From Marinicella sp. (lineage in GTDB: Bacteria; Pseudomonadota; Gammaproteobacteria; Xanthomonadales; Marinicellaceae), in NCBI GenBank assembly GCA_965230295.1, contig OZ246001.1, forward strand, positions 3,296,001 through 3,360,000: DNA of 64,000 nucleotides. The letters run 5' to 3'. The notes below the pieces were generated by a model. It had not been told where the DNA came from. It did no database searches and saw only the letters and a list, made by a program, of their open reading frames with translations. Below are positions 1 to 10,604 of the stretch, in pieces (the stretch's first letter is position 1; each line of letters opens with the position of its first letter). The position numbers and the translations under genes are program-made.

Positions 1-124
1 CCACACCTGCATGGGCGGCAATGTCGCTGAAAGAAGCCTCTTTATTGACATTGAGTAGTTCCATTCCTGCCTTCAACAAGGCTTTTTGTGAGCGGATGAT
101 TCTGGCATCCAATTTGGGACTCAT
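1..124 (-). CDS. TetR/AcrR family transcriptional regulator (N-terminal part; runs off window start)
   Basis: Manual translation from ATG at 124 gives MSPKLDARIIRSQKALLKAGMELLNVNKEASFSDIAAHAGV, a TetR HTH start; divergent from the RND efflux operon. Confidence 0.85.
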   Translation of the reverse strand, partial: MSPKLDARIIRSQKALLKAGMELLNVNKEASFSDIAAHAGV

Positions 125-173
125 GGTTAAGATTTTGTGGTTAGCTTGAAAAACTTGTATTCTACCCCAAATC

Positions 174-203
174 TATTTATGATACAAATATGTCTCATAA
201 ATA
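174..203. promoter_or_regulatory. Palindromic operator, probably for the divergent TetR regulator
   Basis: TATTTATGATACA-aata-TGTCTCATAAATA, 13-bp arms with one mismatch, between tetR and the efflux operon. Confidence 0.7.
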
Positions 204-221
204 TTTAATTTTGGAGTTGAT

Positions 222-1334
222 GTGAAAGCTAAAATTTGGAAAACATTGATCGCAACCGGTTTTGTCTTACTGGTGATGTGGATCTTGACTGAGGACCATC
301 ATCAGTCAATAAACTCAGATGAACAGCAAGCCATTATGCTTGTGTCAACCTTAGAAGTTAATCCACAAAACACAGCATTCAGTGTAGAAACAACCGGGGT
401 GACCTGGTCTCGATGGCCAACAGAAACCATTGCTTCTTTCAGTGGTCGGATCAAAAAAATTCCAGATCTGACAGAACCGGGTAATTTGGTTAAAGCCGGT
501 CAATCACTGGTCGATGTATTTAATTCTTCTTATGAATCTGATGTGGCAGCTGTCCAGGCCAGGGTGGCTCGGGCCGAACTGGAATTGTCAAGAATGAAAC
601 ATGAACAACATGTCAAAAAACAAATTTCTGTAGGCACGAAGTTAACTTCATTCGGTCGATTAGAACCCCATGTGAAAGCAACCGAAGCTGAACTGTCGGC
701 AGCCAAATCTGCCCTTATACATGTGCAACAACTGTTAGAGGATACCCTTGTCAAAGCACCATTTGATGCTGTGATTTTGGATAAAAAAGTATCTCCGGGC
801 CAATGGGTTAATAACGGTGATGTGTTGTTAGCTATAGCTGCCAGCAATTTCATTGATGTACAAGTGGAGCTTTCAGCCACACAATGGTATCAATTAGACA
901 ACTTGGCTGTGGGCACAGAAGTCCATGTTACCGACCCCCGTGGTCAAGTGTGGCCAGGCAAAATCCGGTACTTAAGTCCCATCATGAACGCCGCTACACG
1001 ACAACGGAGTCTCATGCTAGAAGTGCCCAACCCTTATGAGGGTGAAGCACCCTTGCTGCCTGGCCAACAAGTGGATGTGAAATTCAAGGGCATGGAACAA
1101 AATGATGTGGTTGTAGCCCCGGCATCTGTGTTGACCCAGGATGGACAGGTGTGGTCAGTGAATGGTGGTGTATTGAACCTTGAAAACATCCAAATACTCA
1201 ATGAACAAGCGGAATCAGTCACTTTTCGTTACCTTCAGAAACCGCAAAAAGCACGTACTTTGGTTTTGTATCCGCTAAGCACCATGCTGACAGGCCAAAG
1301 GGTTAAGGTACAAAAGCGGGAAAATAACTCATGA
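222..1334 (+). CDS. RND efflux transporter periplasmic adaptor (membrane fusion protein)
   Basis: N-terminal TM, lipoyl half-motifs (SGRI...GNLVKAGQ; VKAPFDAVI...VSPGQWV), coiled hairpin; overlaps the RND permease start. Confidence 0.92.
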   Translation: MKAKIWKTLIATGFVLLVMWILTEDHHQSINSDEQQAIMLVSTLEVNPQNTAFSVETTGVTWSRWPTETIASFSGRIKKIPDLTEPGNLVKAGQSLVDVFNSSYESDVAAVQARVARAELELSRMKHEQHVKKQISVGTKLTSFGRLEPHVKATEAELSAAKSALIHVQQLLEDTLVKAPFDAVILDKKVSPGQWVNNGDVLLAIAASNFIDVQVELSATQWYQLDNLAVGTEVHVTDPRGQVWPGKIRYLSPIMNAATRQRSLMLEVPNPYEGEAPLLPGQQVDVKFKGMEQNDVVVAPASVLTQDGQVWSVNGGVLNLENIQILNEQAESVTFRYLQKPQKARTLVLYPLSTMLTGQRVKVQKRENNS

Positions 1335-4300
1335 AAGCAATCACAGAATGGTTTTTAGACAACCCGGTAGCCGCCAACTTGTTGATGGTTTTTATTCTGA
1401 TAGCAGGGTACTTGTCTTTTCAGAATCTACGGGTAGAAAGCTTTCCACAAATACCACCCACTCGTTTGGTGGTGGAAGTCACGTACCCAGGTGGCACCGC
1501 CAAACAGGTGGATGAAGGCATCACCCAACGTATTGAGGATGCCATCAGTGGCGTTGCAGGCATCAAAAGTATCAACAGCCAATCCAGCCGGGGAGGCGCC
1601 ATCGTCAGGGTTGAAAAGAATACCGGAATCAAGCTGGATCGGTTGATAGAAGATGTTCGCAACCAAGTCGAAGGGATTGTGGGATTTCCCGAGAACGCCC
1701 ACCGCCCGCGAATATACCGTGATGAATACGGGAACCTGGCTACATTTGTGATCATCTATGGTGGCAATGACCCAGACACACTACAAACTGTATCCGGGCG
1801 AGTACAAAATGCCCTGAAAGGTCACAAAAGTATCTCTCATGTGGCCAATCTGGGAAAACGTCAGCGTGAATTGGTGATCGAACCCAACACCGAAGCACTG
1901 AAAAAATATGGCTTGAACGCACAAGCCCTGGCCAACAGCATCAGCCAATGGTCACTTGAGTACCGCAGCGGACAATTAAAAACAGCTCAAGGCACCATCA
2001 CTTTGAGAGGCGATGGTTATGCCGACAACCTCAGTGAACTGGAAAGCTTGCCAGTGATCGTGACAAACCAATCAATCGTCAGACTTAAAGATGTGGCCAC
2101 CATAACAAGGGGGTTTCGCCAAACTGACAGCATCGTCAGGTTCCAGGGCGAACAAGCCATCGCGCTACTGGTTTCTACCAGTCAGAAAGACAATTTGTTG
2201 AAAATCAGTCAAGCCGTCAAACAAACCCTCAAAGAGGTGCGAACCACACTGCCCGATGACATGGATGCTGTGATGATGGCTGACATGGCTCCTTACATCA
2301 ATGAACAGCTGGACTTGCTGGGTACCAATGCGTGGCAAGGCCTGCTGATTGTGATGGTGTTACTGGGCATATTCCTGGAGCTTAAACTGGCTTTCTGGGT
2401 GGCGTTGGGTATCCCCATTTCTTTGGCTGGTGCTGTTTCGCTGATGGGCTTAGGACCTTTTGATTACAGCATCAATGACATCACACTTTTTGGGATGATT
2501 TTGGTATTGGGGATTTTGGTTGATGATGCAGTTGTGGTAGGCGAAAGCATTCATGAGGCAAGAAAAACAACACCCGACCCCAAAGAAGCAGCCAGCAAAG
2601 GAGTGGAGTCGGTCGCTGTTGCAACTGTATTTGGTGTGCTCACAACCATCGCCGCCTTTTCACCCATGTTGTGGATAGAAAATGAGTTGGCCAAGGTGCT
2701 GGCAGGTTTTTCAGCGGTGGTGATCTTTGCGCTGATTTTTTCCTTGATAGAAAGTAAGTTCATTTTACCCTCTCATCTGAGTTCAGGCCCAAGAGACAGC
2801 AAGAGCCACCTGTTCAAAACATGGCTGCTCAAAATCCGGGGGGGGTGCATCGGGGGACTAAAAAAATTCAATCAAGGCATTTACCAACCAACATTGCGTG
2901 TGGCCTTGACACATAAAGGTGCGTCGTTGTTGTTGTTTTTAACCCTTGTACTGGGTGCTTACGGTGCATTGATGAAGGGCAACATTCGTTCGGTTTTTTT
3001 TCCTGAGATCCCGGGGCGATACGCCACCTTAACTATTACCATGGATCAAGATGCCGCTTTGTCATTAACTCAGCAACATGTGATGCATTTAGAGCGTTCG
3101 CTGCAATTGACCAACGATCACATGAAAGAAGAATTTGGCTTGAATGAACCACCCGTCGAAAAATATTTAATATCCGTGGAGGGAGCCGAATCCCTTGAGT
3201 TAACTGCAGAGCTTTCAAAACAGGCATTGGCCAGTATACCCAGCGAATATTTCTTACAACAATGGCAACAGCAAACCGGTCCTATTGAAGGCAGTTATGC
3301 AGTTAAATACACCTTGGCTGATGAGCCCGCCGGTGGCACGGGCATCACCATTGCAGCCGAAAACCGGGATGTGGCCAGGCATGTGGCACAGATACTCAAA
3401 AAACAATTGGCTTCATTACCAGGGGTGATGAATGTGTATGATGACAGCCAGAGTGGTAAGCGGCAATTGCAGGTGCGATTGAATGATCGCGGGATCCAGC
3501 TGGGTGTTGACCAACAGCAGATAGCGACTTTGGTTGGTGGTGCTTATGGTGAAATAGAGGTTCACAGGTTGCTGGAAGGTGGTGAGGAGAATCTGGTGTT
3601 ACTGCGTTTACCTGAGGCACAAAAGAAAACCGCCGAACAATTAAAGGCCACGCCAGTTTTTATAGATAAAGACAACTATGTCAGTTTAGGAGAGATCACT
3701 CACTTTGAATATTCACGAGAACCTGAAGTACTGTATCGCCGCAATAGGGATGAGGTGGTCAGTGTCTATTGGCGGCAAAACCGTGACATCAGTTCACCGC
3801 AAGAAACTTGGAAAATCATGCAAGCAAACTTTTTGCCAGAACTGAATCAACAGTACCCGGATGTGAAAATTGAAGCAGTAGGCGAGTATGCTGAAATTGC
3901 AGATGTTCAGGATGGCTTTAAAAAGGCAATGATCTTAACCTTGTTATTGATCTATGTTTTGTTGGCCATTCCGCTCAAATCCTACTGGCAACCGTTCATC
4001 ATCATGTCGGTGATTCCCTTCGGCTTTGCGGGTGCCATTTATGGCCATGGCGTGATGGATTTGTCTGTCAGCTTGTTGTCACTGTTTGGGATGATGGCCA
4101 TGACGGGCGTGGTGATCAACGACTCTCTGGTCTTGATGACACGTTTCAATCAACTTCATCGATCTGGTATGGAAGTCAAAGAGGCTCTGATCGAAGCAGG
4201 AAAAAGCAGGCTTCAGGCCATTTTCCTTACCACGGTGACGACGGTTTGCGGCTTGTTGCCGCTGCTGAGTGAAACCTCAGAACAAGCTCAATACCTGAAA

Positions 4301-4417
4301 CCTGCTGCAGTGTCTCTGGTGTTTGGTGAATTATTTGCTACTCCGATCACCTTGATCCTTATTCCTGTGTTGCTCAAGTTTGGTAGATATCAATCAGATC
4401 AAAAAGTGATCAGTTAA
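1331..4417 (+). CDS. RND efflux permease (AcrB/AcrD/AcrF family)
   Basis: 1028 aa, NPVAANLLM start, GILVDDAVVVGE, SRLQAIFLTTVTT motifs, 12-TM layout. Confidence 0.95.
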   Translation: MKAITEWFLDNPVAANLLMVFILIAGYLSFQNLRVESFPQIPPTRLVVEVTYPGGTAKQVDEGITQRIEDAISGVAGIKSINSQSSRGGAIVRVEKNTGIKLDRLIEDVRNQVEGIVGFPENAHRPRIYRDEYGNLATFVIIYGGNDPDTLQTVSGRVQNALKGHKSISHVANLGKRQRELVIEPNTEALKKYGLNAQALANSISQWSLEYRSGQLKTAQGTITLRGDGYADNLSELESLPVIVTNQSIVRLKDVATITRGFRQTDSIVRFQGEQAIALLVSTSQKDNLLKISQAVKQTLKEVRTTLPDDMDAVMMADMAPYINEQLDLLGTNAWQGLLIVMVLLGIFLELKLAFWVALGIPISLAGAVSLMGLGPFDYSINDITLFGMILVLGILVDDAVVVGESIHEARKTTPDPKEAASKGVESVAVATVFGVLTTIAAFSPMLWIENELAKVLAGFSAVVIFALIFSLIESKFILPSHLSSGPRDSKSHLFKTWLLKIRGGCIGGLKKFNQGIYQPTLRVALTHKGASLLLFLTLVLGAYGALMKGNIRSVFFPEIPGRYATLTITMDQDAALSLTQQHVMHLERSLQLTNDHMKEEFGLNEPPVEKYLISVEGAESLELTAELSKQALASIPSEYFLQQWQQQTGPIEGSYAVKYTLADEPAGGTGITIAAENRDVARHVAQILKKQLASLPGVMNVYDDSQSGKRQLQVRLNDRGIQLGVDQQQIATLVGGAYGEIEVHRLLEGGEENLVLLRLPEAQKKTAEQLKATPVFIDKDNYVSLGEITHFEYSREPEVLYRRNRDEVVSVYWRQNRDISSPQETWKIMQANFLPELNQQYPDVKIEAVGEYAEIADVQDGFKKAMILTLLLIYVLLAIPLKSYWQPFIIMSVIPFGFAGAIYGHGVMDLSVSLLSLFGMMAMTGVVINDSLVLMTRFNQLHRSGMEVKEALIEAGKSRLQAIFLTTVTTVCGLLPLLSETSEQAQYLKPAAVSLVFGELFATPITLILIPVLLKFGRYQSDQKVIS

Positions 4418-4473
4418 AGAGGAGCTTGGCATGTTTGCTGCACGAACTGGATTCAAGGTTCAAGCCAGAAGGG

Positions 4474-4512
4474 AAAGGCTGTAAAGGATTGGCTCAATCC
4501 TCACAGCCTTTT
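4474..4512 (+). terminator. Putative intrinsic terminator
   Basis: AAAGGCTGT..AGGATTG/CAATCCT..ACAGCCTTTT hairpin between convergent genes. Confidence 0.55.
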
Positions 4513-4535
4513 AAAATCATCGAGATTAGTTCAAA

Positions 4536-4721
4536 TTATTCTTTGAATTTAGGGCTTACATACCTTTTCCAAATGATATCACCTTCAGTTTTGTCAAAGC
4601 CTCCTGAATATACACTCCCGTCTCGAGTATCGAGAAGAAATGCTTCAAGTAAATTGGATTCTGGGTTAAGCACAACTGTGAATGAATAGGTACCAATTGC
4701 TTGTTCTTTGTTGCTAGTCAT
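4536..4721 (-). CDS. Small hypothetical protein (61 aa)
   Basis: ATG with AGGGGA RBS; beta-rich sequence with an FLLDTRDG motif. Confidence 0.5.
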   Translation of the reverse strand: MTSNKEQAIGTYSFTVVLNPESNLLEAFLLDTRDGSVYSGGFDKTEGDIIWKRYVSPKFKE

Positions 4722-5043
4722 TTTCTATTCCCCTAAAAAAGTTCATTAATCGTTAATAATATGGTCAGCAATTCGTTTTTGGCTTATAAATAATTGCCAA
4801 TAACAGGTGCAGGTATATAGATTAATGAACTTAACAAGCGGAATATCTCATTAAAAATATGCTTTTCTACTGATTTTGTTAAAATTCCTGGTTTTCTTTC
4901 CAACCTTTACTCTCCAAGTGGAGAAAATATATGCTTCGCCGTGGTGACTACCGTTGAATTCCTGTTGTTCATGACTCTTGCAGTATTCATGTGCCTTGAT
5001 GGTGATCTGGGTTTGCAGTATCTTGTCTCAGAATGACCTCAGT

Positions 5044-6177
5044 TTATTGTCCCACCAAAGCCAACAACACACCGGCAGCAACCGCAGAACCAAGGACGCC
5101 GGCCACATTGGGCCCCATGGCATGCATTAATAGGTGGTTTCTGGGGTTGGCTTCGGTGCCCAACTTGTTGGCCACACGTGCCGCCATGGGGACGGCAGAA
5201 ACACCCGCAGCGCCAATCAAAGGATTGATGGGGTCTTTGGACAGTTTATTCATGACTTTGGCCATGATGACTCCTGTGGCGGTTCCAATGGAAAAGGCAA
5301 CAATACCAAGTCCCAGAATTCCTAAGGTCTCCAAATTCAGAAATTGATCAGCGCTGAGTTTTGAACCAACGCCCAATCCTAAAAATATGGTCACAATATT
5401 GATCAACTCATTCTGGGCGGTCTTATTCAATCGCTCAACCACACCAGCTTCACGCATCAGATTGCCTAAACAAAACATCCCGATCAATGGTGTGGCTGCG
5501 GGTAGGAAGAAAATGGTTAGCAGCAGTACGCCCAATGGGAAGATGACTTTCTCTACTTTGGTCACATGCCGCAATTGGACCATTTCAGTTTTGCGTTCTT
5601 GTTCATTGGTCAGTGCGCGCATGATGGGTGGCTGAATAATGGGTACCAAGGCCATGTATGAATAGGCCGCCACTGCAATGGCGCCGAGTAAATCCGGTGC
5701 CAGTTTTGATGCCAGGAAGATGGCGGTTGGTCCATCGGCACCACCAATGATGGCAATGGCAGCGGCATCCTGGATGCTGAACTCTATGCCTGGTACAGCA
5801 TTCAAGGCAATGGCACCAAATAAGGTAGAGAAAATACCAAACTGAGCAGCCGCACCCAATAACAGCATTTTGGGATTGGCAATCAAAGCGCCGAAATCTG
5901 TCATGGCACCGACACCCATAAAGATCAACAAGGGAAATATGCCCGTATCAATGCCGGCATAGTAGATGTAATGCAACAACCCGCCGGCTTCAGTGAAACC
6001 TGCCAATGGAATGTTGGTCAGTAATGCACCAAAACCAATGGGCAACAAGAGCAGTGGTTCGAATTTCTTAACAATGGCTAAAAACAGTAGGCCAAAACCC
6101 ACCACCATCATCACCACCTGGCCCCATTCGAAATTGGCCAAGCCTGTAGATTGCCACAGTGTATTCAAGGTTTCCAT
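5044..6177 (-). CDS. oadB: Na+-translocating oxaloacetate decarboxylase beta subunit
   Basis: [22 protein letters not shown] motifs; follows oadA. Confidence 0.95.
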   Translation of the reverse strand: METLNTLWQSTGLANFEWGQVVMMVVGFGLLFLAIVKKFEPLLLLPIGFGALLTNIPLAGFTEAGGLLHYIYYAGIDTGIFPLLIFMGVGAMTDFGALIANPKMLLLGAAAQFGIFSTLFGAIALNAVPGIEFSIQDAAAIAIIGGADGPTAIFLASKLAPDLLGAIAVAAYSYMALVPIIQPPIMRALTNEQERKTEMVQLRHVTKVEKVIFPLGVLLLTIFFLPAATPLIGMFCLGNLMREAGVVERLNKTAQNELINIVTIFLGLGVGSKLSADQFLNLETLGILGLGIVAFSIGTATGVIMAKVMNKLSKDPINPLIGAAGVSAVPMAARVANKLGTEANPRNHLLMHAMGPNVAGVLGSAVAAGVLLALVGQ

Positions 6178-6183
6178 GACTGC

Positions 6184-7965
6184 TTATCCAAAGCTCACTA
6201 AGGCATCACCCACTTTGACATTGTCACCGTTTTTGATGTGAATGGCTGATACGGTTCCAGTGACGGTGGAGACCACTTCGGTTTCCATTTTCATGGCTTC
6301 CAGGACAATCAACACATCGCCTTCATTGACTGAATCACCGACATTGATGTTGATTTTAAAGATGTTGCCGGACAAGGGCGCATCCAATGTTTCACCCGAT
6401 GGAGCTGTTGGTGCAGCGGGCGTTTCTTGCACCTGAGTGATGACACCTGAGGGAGCCACTTGCACTTCATAGACTTTGCCATCAACTGTAACCGAGTAGC
6501 TTTCAATGGTCTGGTTGGCAGTGGGCGTGGTCTGAGGCGAGGAGGCAGGTGCTTGACTCGCAGCCTGCGGGGCTGGTTCAAAAGCCTCTTTGTTGTGACG
6601 ATTTTTAAGGAATTTCAATCCAATTTGGGGGAACAGCGCATAAGTTAAAACATCATCAATGACCTCATCTGCCAAGTCGATGTTTTCTTTTTTGGCCAGT
6701 TCAATAAGCTCTTGGGTCAATGAGTCGACTTCTGGTTCAAGGAGATCAGCAGGTCGGCATGTGATGGCTTCAGCACCCTCTAATACCTTGGCCTGCAGTT
6801 CTTGATTGACTTCAGCAGCGGTGGCGCCGTATTCGCCTTTAAGTACGCCAGCAGTTTCTTTGGTGATGCTCTTATAACGTTCGCCGGTCAAAACATTCAA
6901 CACTGCTTGGGTGCCGACTATCTGCGAGGTTGGGGTGACCAATGGTATATAGCCCAAGTCTTTCCTGACTTTGGGAATTTCAGTCAACACATCATTGAGT
7001 TTGTCTGCGGCCCCTTGTTCTTTGAGCTGGTTTTCCATATTGGTCAGCATGCCACCAGGTACTTGGGCGGTCAGTATCCGGGCATCGATGCCTTTCAGGC
7101 TGCCTTCAAATTGGGCGTATTTTTTGCGTACTTGGCGAAAGTAAGTGGCGACTTCTTCCAATTTTTGTAGGTCTATCCCGGTATCACGGGGCGTGTCTTC
7201 CACAATCGACACAATGGTTTCAGTGGCTGAATGGCCATAGGTCATGCTCATGGATGAGATGGCGGTGTCAATCACGTCAATATCGGCATCAATGGCTTTC
7301 ATGTGAGTGGCCACACTCAGCCCTGTGGTGGCATGGCAGTGTAAAGAGATAGGAATGTCTATGGATTTTTTTAACTCAGTGATCAGTTCAGTGGCGGCAT
7401 AAGGTTTCAGCAGGCCGGCCATGTCTTTGATGCATAAGGAGTCTGAACCCATGTCTTCCAATTGCTTAGCCATGGTTAACCAGCCAGCCAAATCGTGCAC
7501 TGGGCTGACGGTGTAGCTTAAAGTGCCTTGTGCGTGTCCGCCCACCTTATTGGCGGCCTTGATGGCTGATTGCATGTTGCGAACATCATTCATGGCATCA
7601 AAGATGCGAAACACCTCAACCCCATTTTTGTAGGATCGTTCGACAAATTTTTCCACCAAGTCATCGGCATAATGTCGATAGCCCAGTATGTTTTGTCCAC
7701 GGAACAGCATTTGCTGCTTGGTTTTGGGCATCACTTTCTTCAATTCACGGATGCGTTCCCATGGGTCTTCGCCTAAATAGCGAATGCATGAGTCAAACAC
7801 CGCACCACCCCAGGATTCAATCGACCAAAAACCAACCTCGTCAAGCACCGGTGCAATCGGCAACATATCTTCTATGCGCATTCTGGTGGCCAGTAAAGAC
7901 TGATGAGCATCTCTTAAGACCAATTCTGTGATACCAAGGGCTTTAGATTGAGGAGATTCTGACAT
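6184..7965 (-). CDS. oadA: Oxaloacetate decarboxylase alpha subunit
   Basis: [20 protein letters not shown]-terminal biotinyl EAMKM; likely start MSESPQ at 7965. Confidence 0.95.
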   Translation of the reverse strand: MSESPQSKALGITELVLRDAHQSLLATRMRIEDMLPIAPVLDEVGFWSIESWGGAVFDSCIRYLGEDPWERIRELKKVMPKTKQQMLFRGQNILGYRHYADDLVEKFVERSYKNGVEVFRIFDAMNDVRNMQSAIKAANKVGGHAQGTLSYTVSPVHDLAGWLTMAKQLEDMGSDSLCIKDMAGLLKPYAATELITELKKSIDIPISLHCHATTGLSVATHMKAIDADIDVIDTAISSMSMTYGHSATETIVSIVEDTPRDTGIDLQKLEEVATYFRQVRKKYAQFEGSLKGIDARILTAQVPGGMLTNMENQLKEQGAADKLNDVLTEIPKVRKDLGYIPLVTPTSQIVGTQAVLNVLTGERYKSITKETAGVLKGEYGATAAEVNQELQAKVLEGAEAITCRPADLLEPEVDSLTQELIELAKKENIDLADEVIDDVLTYALFPQIGLKFLKNRHNKEAFEPAPQAASQAPASSPQTTPTANQTIESYSVTVDGKVYEVQVAPSGVITQVQETPAAPTAPSGETLDAPLSGNIFKININVGDSVNEGDVLIVLEAMKMETEVVSTVTGTVSAIHIKNGDNVKVGDALVSFG

Positions 7966-7987
7966 GGTGTGTTTTCCTGTATTGAGA

Positions 7988-8236
7988 TTATTGCTGGTGG
8001 GTCTGTCGGTATTTGTTGACCGCAACACTGATGGCTGCGATCACTGCTGAAGATGGGTTGTTTGTTTCTGTTTGGGCAGGTGGTGTTGGATCGGGGAAGT
8101 GTCTGGCCAGTGGTGAAATCAACACCTTTATCACCAAAATCAGTAGACTCAAGAATGCAAACACAAAACCCATGCCAACCATCATCAGTACAGCAGCCTG
8201 TGAAAACAGTTCAGTTGAAGCCTCTATTTCTGTCAT
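7988..8236 (-). CDS. oadG: Oxaloacetate decarboxylase gamma subunit
   Basis: [11 protein letters not shown], Pro linker, VIAAISVAV motif; upstream of oadA. Confidence 0.9.
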   Translation of the reverse strand: MTEIEASTELFSQAAVLMMVGMGFVFAFLSLLILVIKVLISPLARHFPDPTPPAQTETNNPSSAVIAAISVAVNKYRQTHQQ

Positions 8237-8364
8237 AAAATAATTATAGTTATCAGCAGATTAGTAGATTATTTTCATATTTGGCCTTAAAAGCAATGAT
8301 TAATCTGATTATTTTGTGTTTAGAACCCATTCGTTGGGTCACTGGGTGATGAAACTAAAGACAA

Positions 8365-8384
8365 AGGGCCTGTAAGCAGGCCCT
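8365..8384 (-). terminator. Intrinsic terminator after protease gene
   Basis: AGGGCCTG-TAAG-CAGGCCCT hairpin followed by a T-rich tract on the minus strand. Confidence 0.55.
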
Positions 8385-8411
8385 GGATGATGTATGCCAG
8401 AAAACTTTCAA

Positions 8412-10439
8412 TTATGGACTGTTGCCATCAAATCCGTCTTTAAAGATGGGGCATTCTGGTGGGGTATTGGGTTCTGACACCAAAATGACATCATCTATGG
8501 CTGCTTCAATGATGCTGCCATTGTTGGTATCTTGGGCAATGAAACGGATTTGAAATTGATTGGTGTTGTTGACAAAGTTTGCCACACGAAATTCTTGATA
8601 AACCCATTCTGCAGCTACACCATTGCTGATGGTTTCTACGGTGGTCCAGTTGCCACCTGCATTGTCAGAGACCTGAACCACGAACGTATCATCGCTGTTG
8701 CCGTTATCACCCCACCAGCGCCAGTATGATATGTGTGCTTCGGTACTGCTGGCATCTAAGATGGGTGAAACCAAACGGGTCGCACCGCCATCAACGTCAG
8801 TATTACCGGCAGCATTACCCGTGACATAAGCTGACCCTGATGAATCTGCATCCCATGGTGGGTCTTGTCTGCGACCAAAACCAGCAGGTACGCCTCGTTC
8901 CCAGGATCCGGCGGTTAAACTGGGATCATCATCAACAGTCCATCCCTGATCAGTCTCGAAGGTGTCTCTGAATGTGTCATTGAATGAATTACCCACTCGC
9001 CTGATGAAACGCCTGTTGGCAGAGTTATCTGCGGTAAACGGGTGATGAACAATGCCACCACTGAGGGTTTCCACATCGATTTTAAAGGTCACTTCACTGG
9101 CACAGGCTGAAGCAGGTAGAGTGGCTTCATAGGTGGCTGCTGCTACTGGTGATAACGGAATGGTTACATCACCATTGCCATAATCATAAATCAAGCTGGC
9201 TGAGTTGAAACTGGCCGGTAAGTTATCACGATCAAGGATGTCAACCTGGAAGCTGGTTCCTGACGTAGGTATATCCTGTGCAATGGGTGTAACTTGTTCG
9301 ATCCGAATCTGAGGTGGACCATTGAGGCAAATGCCAATGGGGTTAGCCAGGGCATTGAGTAATCCTGTATTGGCCAATGAAGTGCCATTATTGGCACCGC
9401 CACCAGCAGAACAGCCCGCATTGGTGTGAATACCAATCGCAGTTCCTGTTCCTTCAACTTCGACTGCAGACCCTGAATTACCACCTGTGGTATCAACCGT
9501 GTATTGTAAAGAGGTACCCGATACACCTGTCAGCTCACCGGTGTGTGTGGTTTGTGTTTGGCTCCAGTCTTGCGGAGTCCCTTGGGTACCATCGATCGTG
9601 CCATAGCCGGTGATCCGTATGGTCTCTCCTCCCGGAGTAGCAGGAGGGGCGGCTAAAATAAAGTTGTTGCCTTGCGCTTCAAAAGGTGTCAATCGGGTTT
9701 GGCTGTTGGGAAATGCACCAAAATAAGCCCAGTCATTACCAATACCAGTTAAATCCCATTGCACCGAGCTGAAATCAATGGGGTATTGATTATCTGGAGA
9801 TGCGTGGTTGGTGGATCCATTGGGGTTAGACAAAGGCACATCAAACTCAACCACACTGGCAGCCGCATCGAGGTTACCTTGGGCGTCTTCTACGCAGTGT
9901 CCGGCAGTCAGAAAGCAGCCCTGAACATCGTCAATCAGCCAAGCTGTACACCCAATAGGCATGATGCGAGCCGTCCTTGCATCTGACGCCAGTGTGCGAT
10001 CATCATCAGCACCACAGATTGAACGTGAGTTATCAGTGGGCGGGCTTCCCACTTCACCCACACTGATTTCATCGATTCTGATCCTGGCTGTGTTGCCTGG
10101 ATCACTCAGTAACTCAATTTTGACTGCATCACCGTTGAAATAGGCACTGGTGTTGCGCCACTCTTGTAAGGTTTCGGCATCATGGGTTTGAACAGCGCCA
10201 TCCAACAATGAGGTGATCCTTATGGAAGAAGTTTGACCTAAAACTGCCGTTGAAAAATGTAAGCGAATCCAAGTGGCACCGTCTACTTTAATCTCCTCAT
10301 CAAAAATAACTGCATGTTCTGTACCGAAGTTTTTGACTACCCCAGAGTCCACTTCAATGTCCACCAATCTTGAGGGCAATGGGTTCTTAGCGAATACGCT
10401 TGATGACACCATCAAACAGGTCAAAATGATCAATTTCAT
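8412..10439 (-). CDS. Secreted trypsin-like (S1) serine protease with C-terminal jelly-roll (MAM-like) domain and IFKDGFD tail
   Basis: Signal peptide, LTAGHC, NDWA, GGNSGS catalytic motifs; C-terminus ...CPIFKDGFDGNSP. Confidence 0.85.
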   Translation of the reverse strand: MKLIILTCLMVSSSVFAKNPLPSRLVDIEVDSGVVKNFGTEHAVIFDEEIKVDGATWIRLHFSTAVLGQTSSIRITSLLDGAVQTHDAETLQEWRNTSAYFNGDAVKIELLSDPGNTARIRIDEISVGEVGSPPTDNSRSICGADDDRTLASDARTARIMPIGCTAWLIDDVQGCFLTAGHCVEDAQGNLDAAASVVEFDVPLSNPNGSTNHASPDNQYPIDFSSVQWDLTGIGNDWAYFGAFPNSQTRLTPFEAQGNNFILAAPPATPGGETIRITGYGTIDGTQGTPQDWSQTQTTHTGELTGVSGTSLQYTVDTTGGNSGSAVEVEGTGTAIGIHTNAGCSAGGGANNGTSLANTGLLNALANPIGICLNGPPQIRIEQVTPIAQDIPTSGTSFQVDILDRDNLPASFNSASLIYDYGNGDVTIPLSPVAAATYEATLPASACASEVTFKIDVETLSGGIVHHPFTADNSANRRFIRRVGNSFNDTFRDTFETDQGWTVDDDPSLTAGSWERGVPAGFGRRQDPPWDADSSGSAYVTGNAAGNTDVDGGATRLVSPILDASSTEAHISYWRWWGDNGNSDDTFVVQVSDNAGGNWTTVETISNGVAAEWVYQEFRVANFVNNTNQFQIRFIAQDTNNGSIIEAAIDDVILVSEPNTPPECPIFKDGFDGNSP

Positions 10440-10604
10440 TGGCTTATTCCTCTTTAACTGTTGTTATATTTTTGTATCAGCAAGACATCCTACATCAATC
10501 TGGCTACATTCCCAATTAATAATCATCTTCTGAATAAAAATAACACTGATCTATTACAAATGAACTTGTAGTGACTGATACTTAATCGATGTTTGATGTG
10601 ATCA

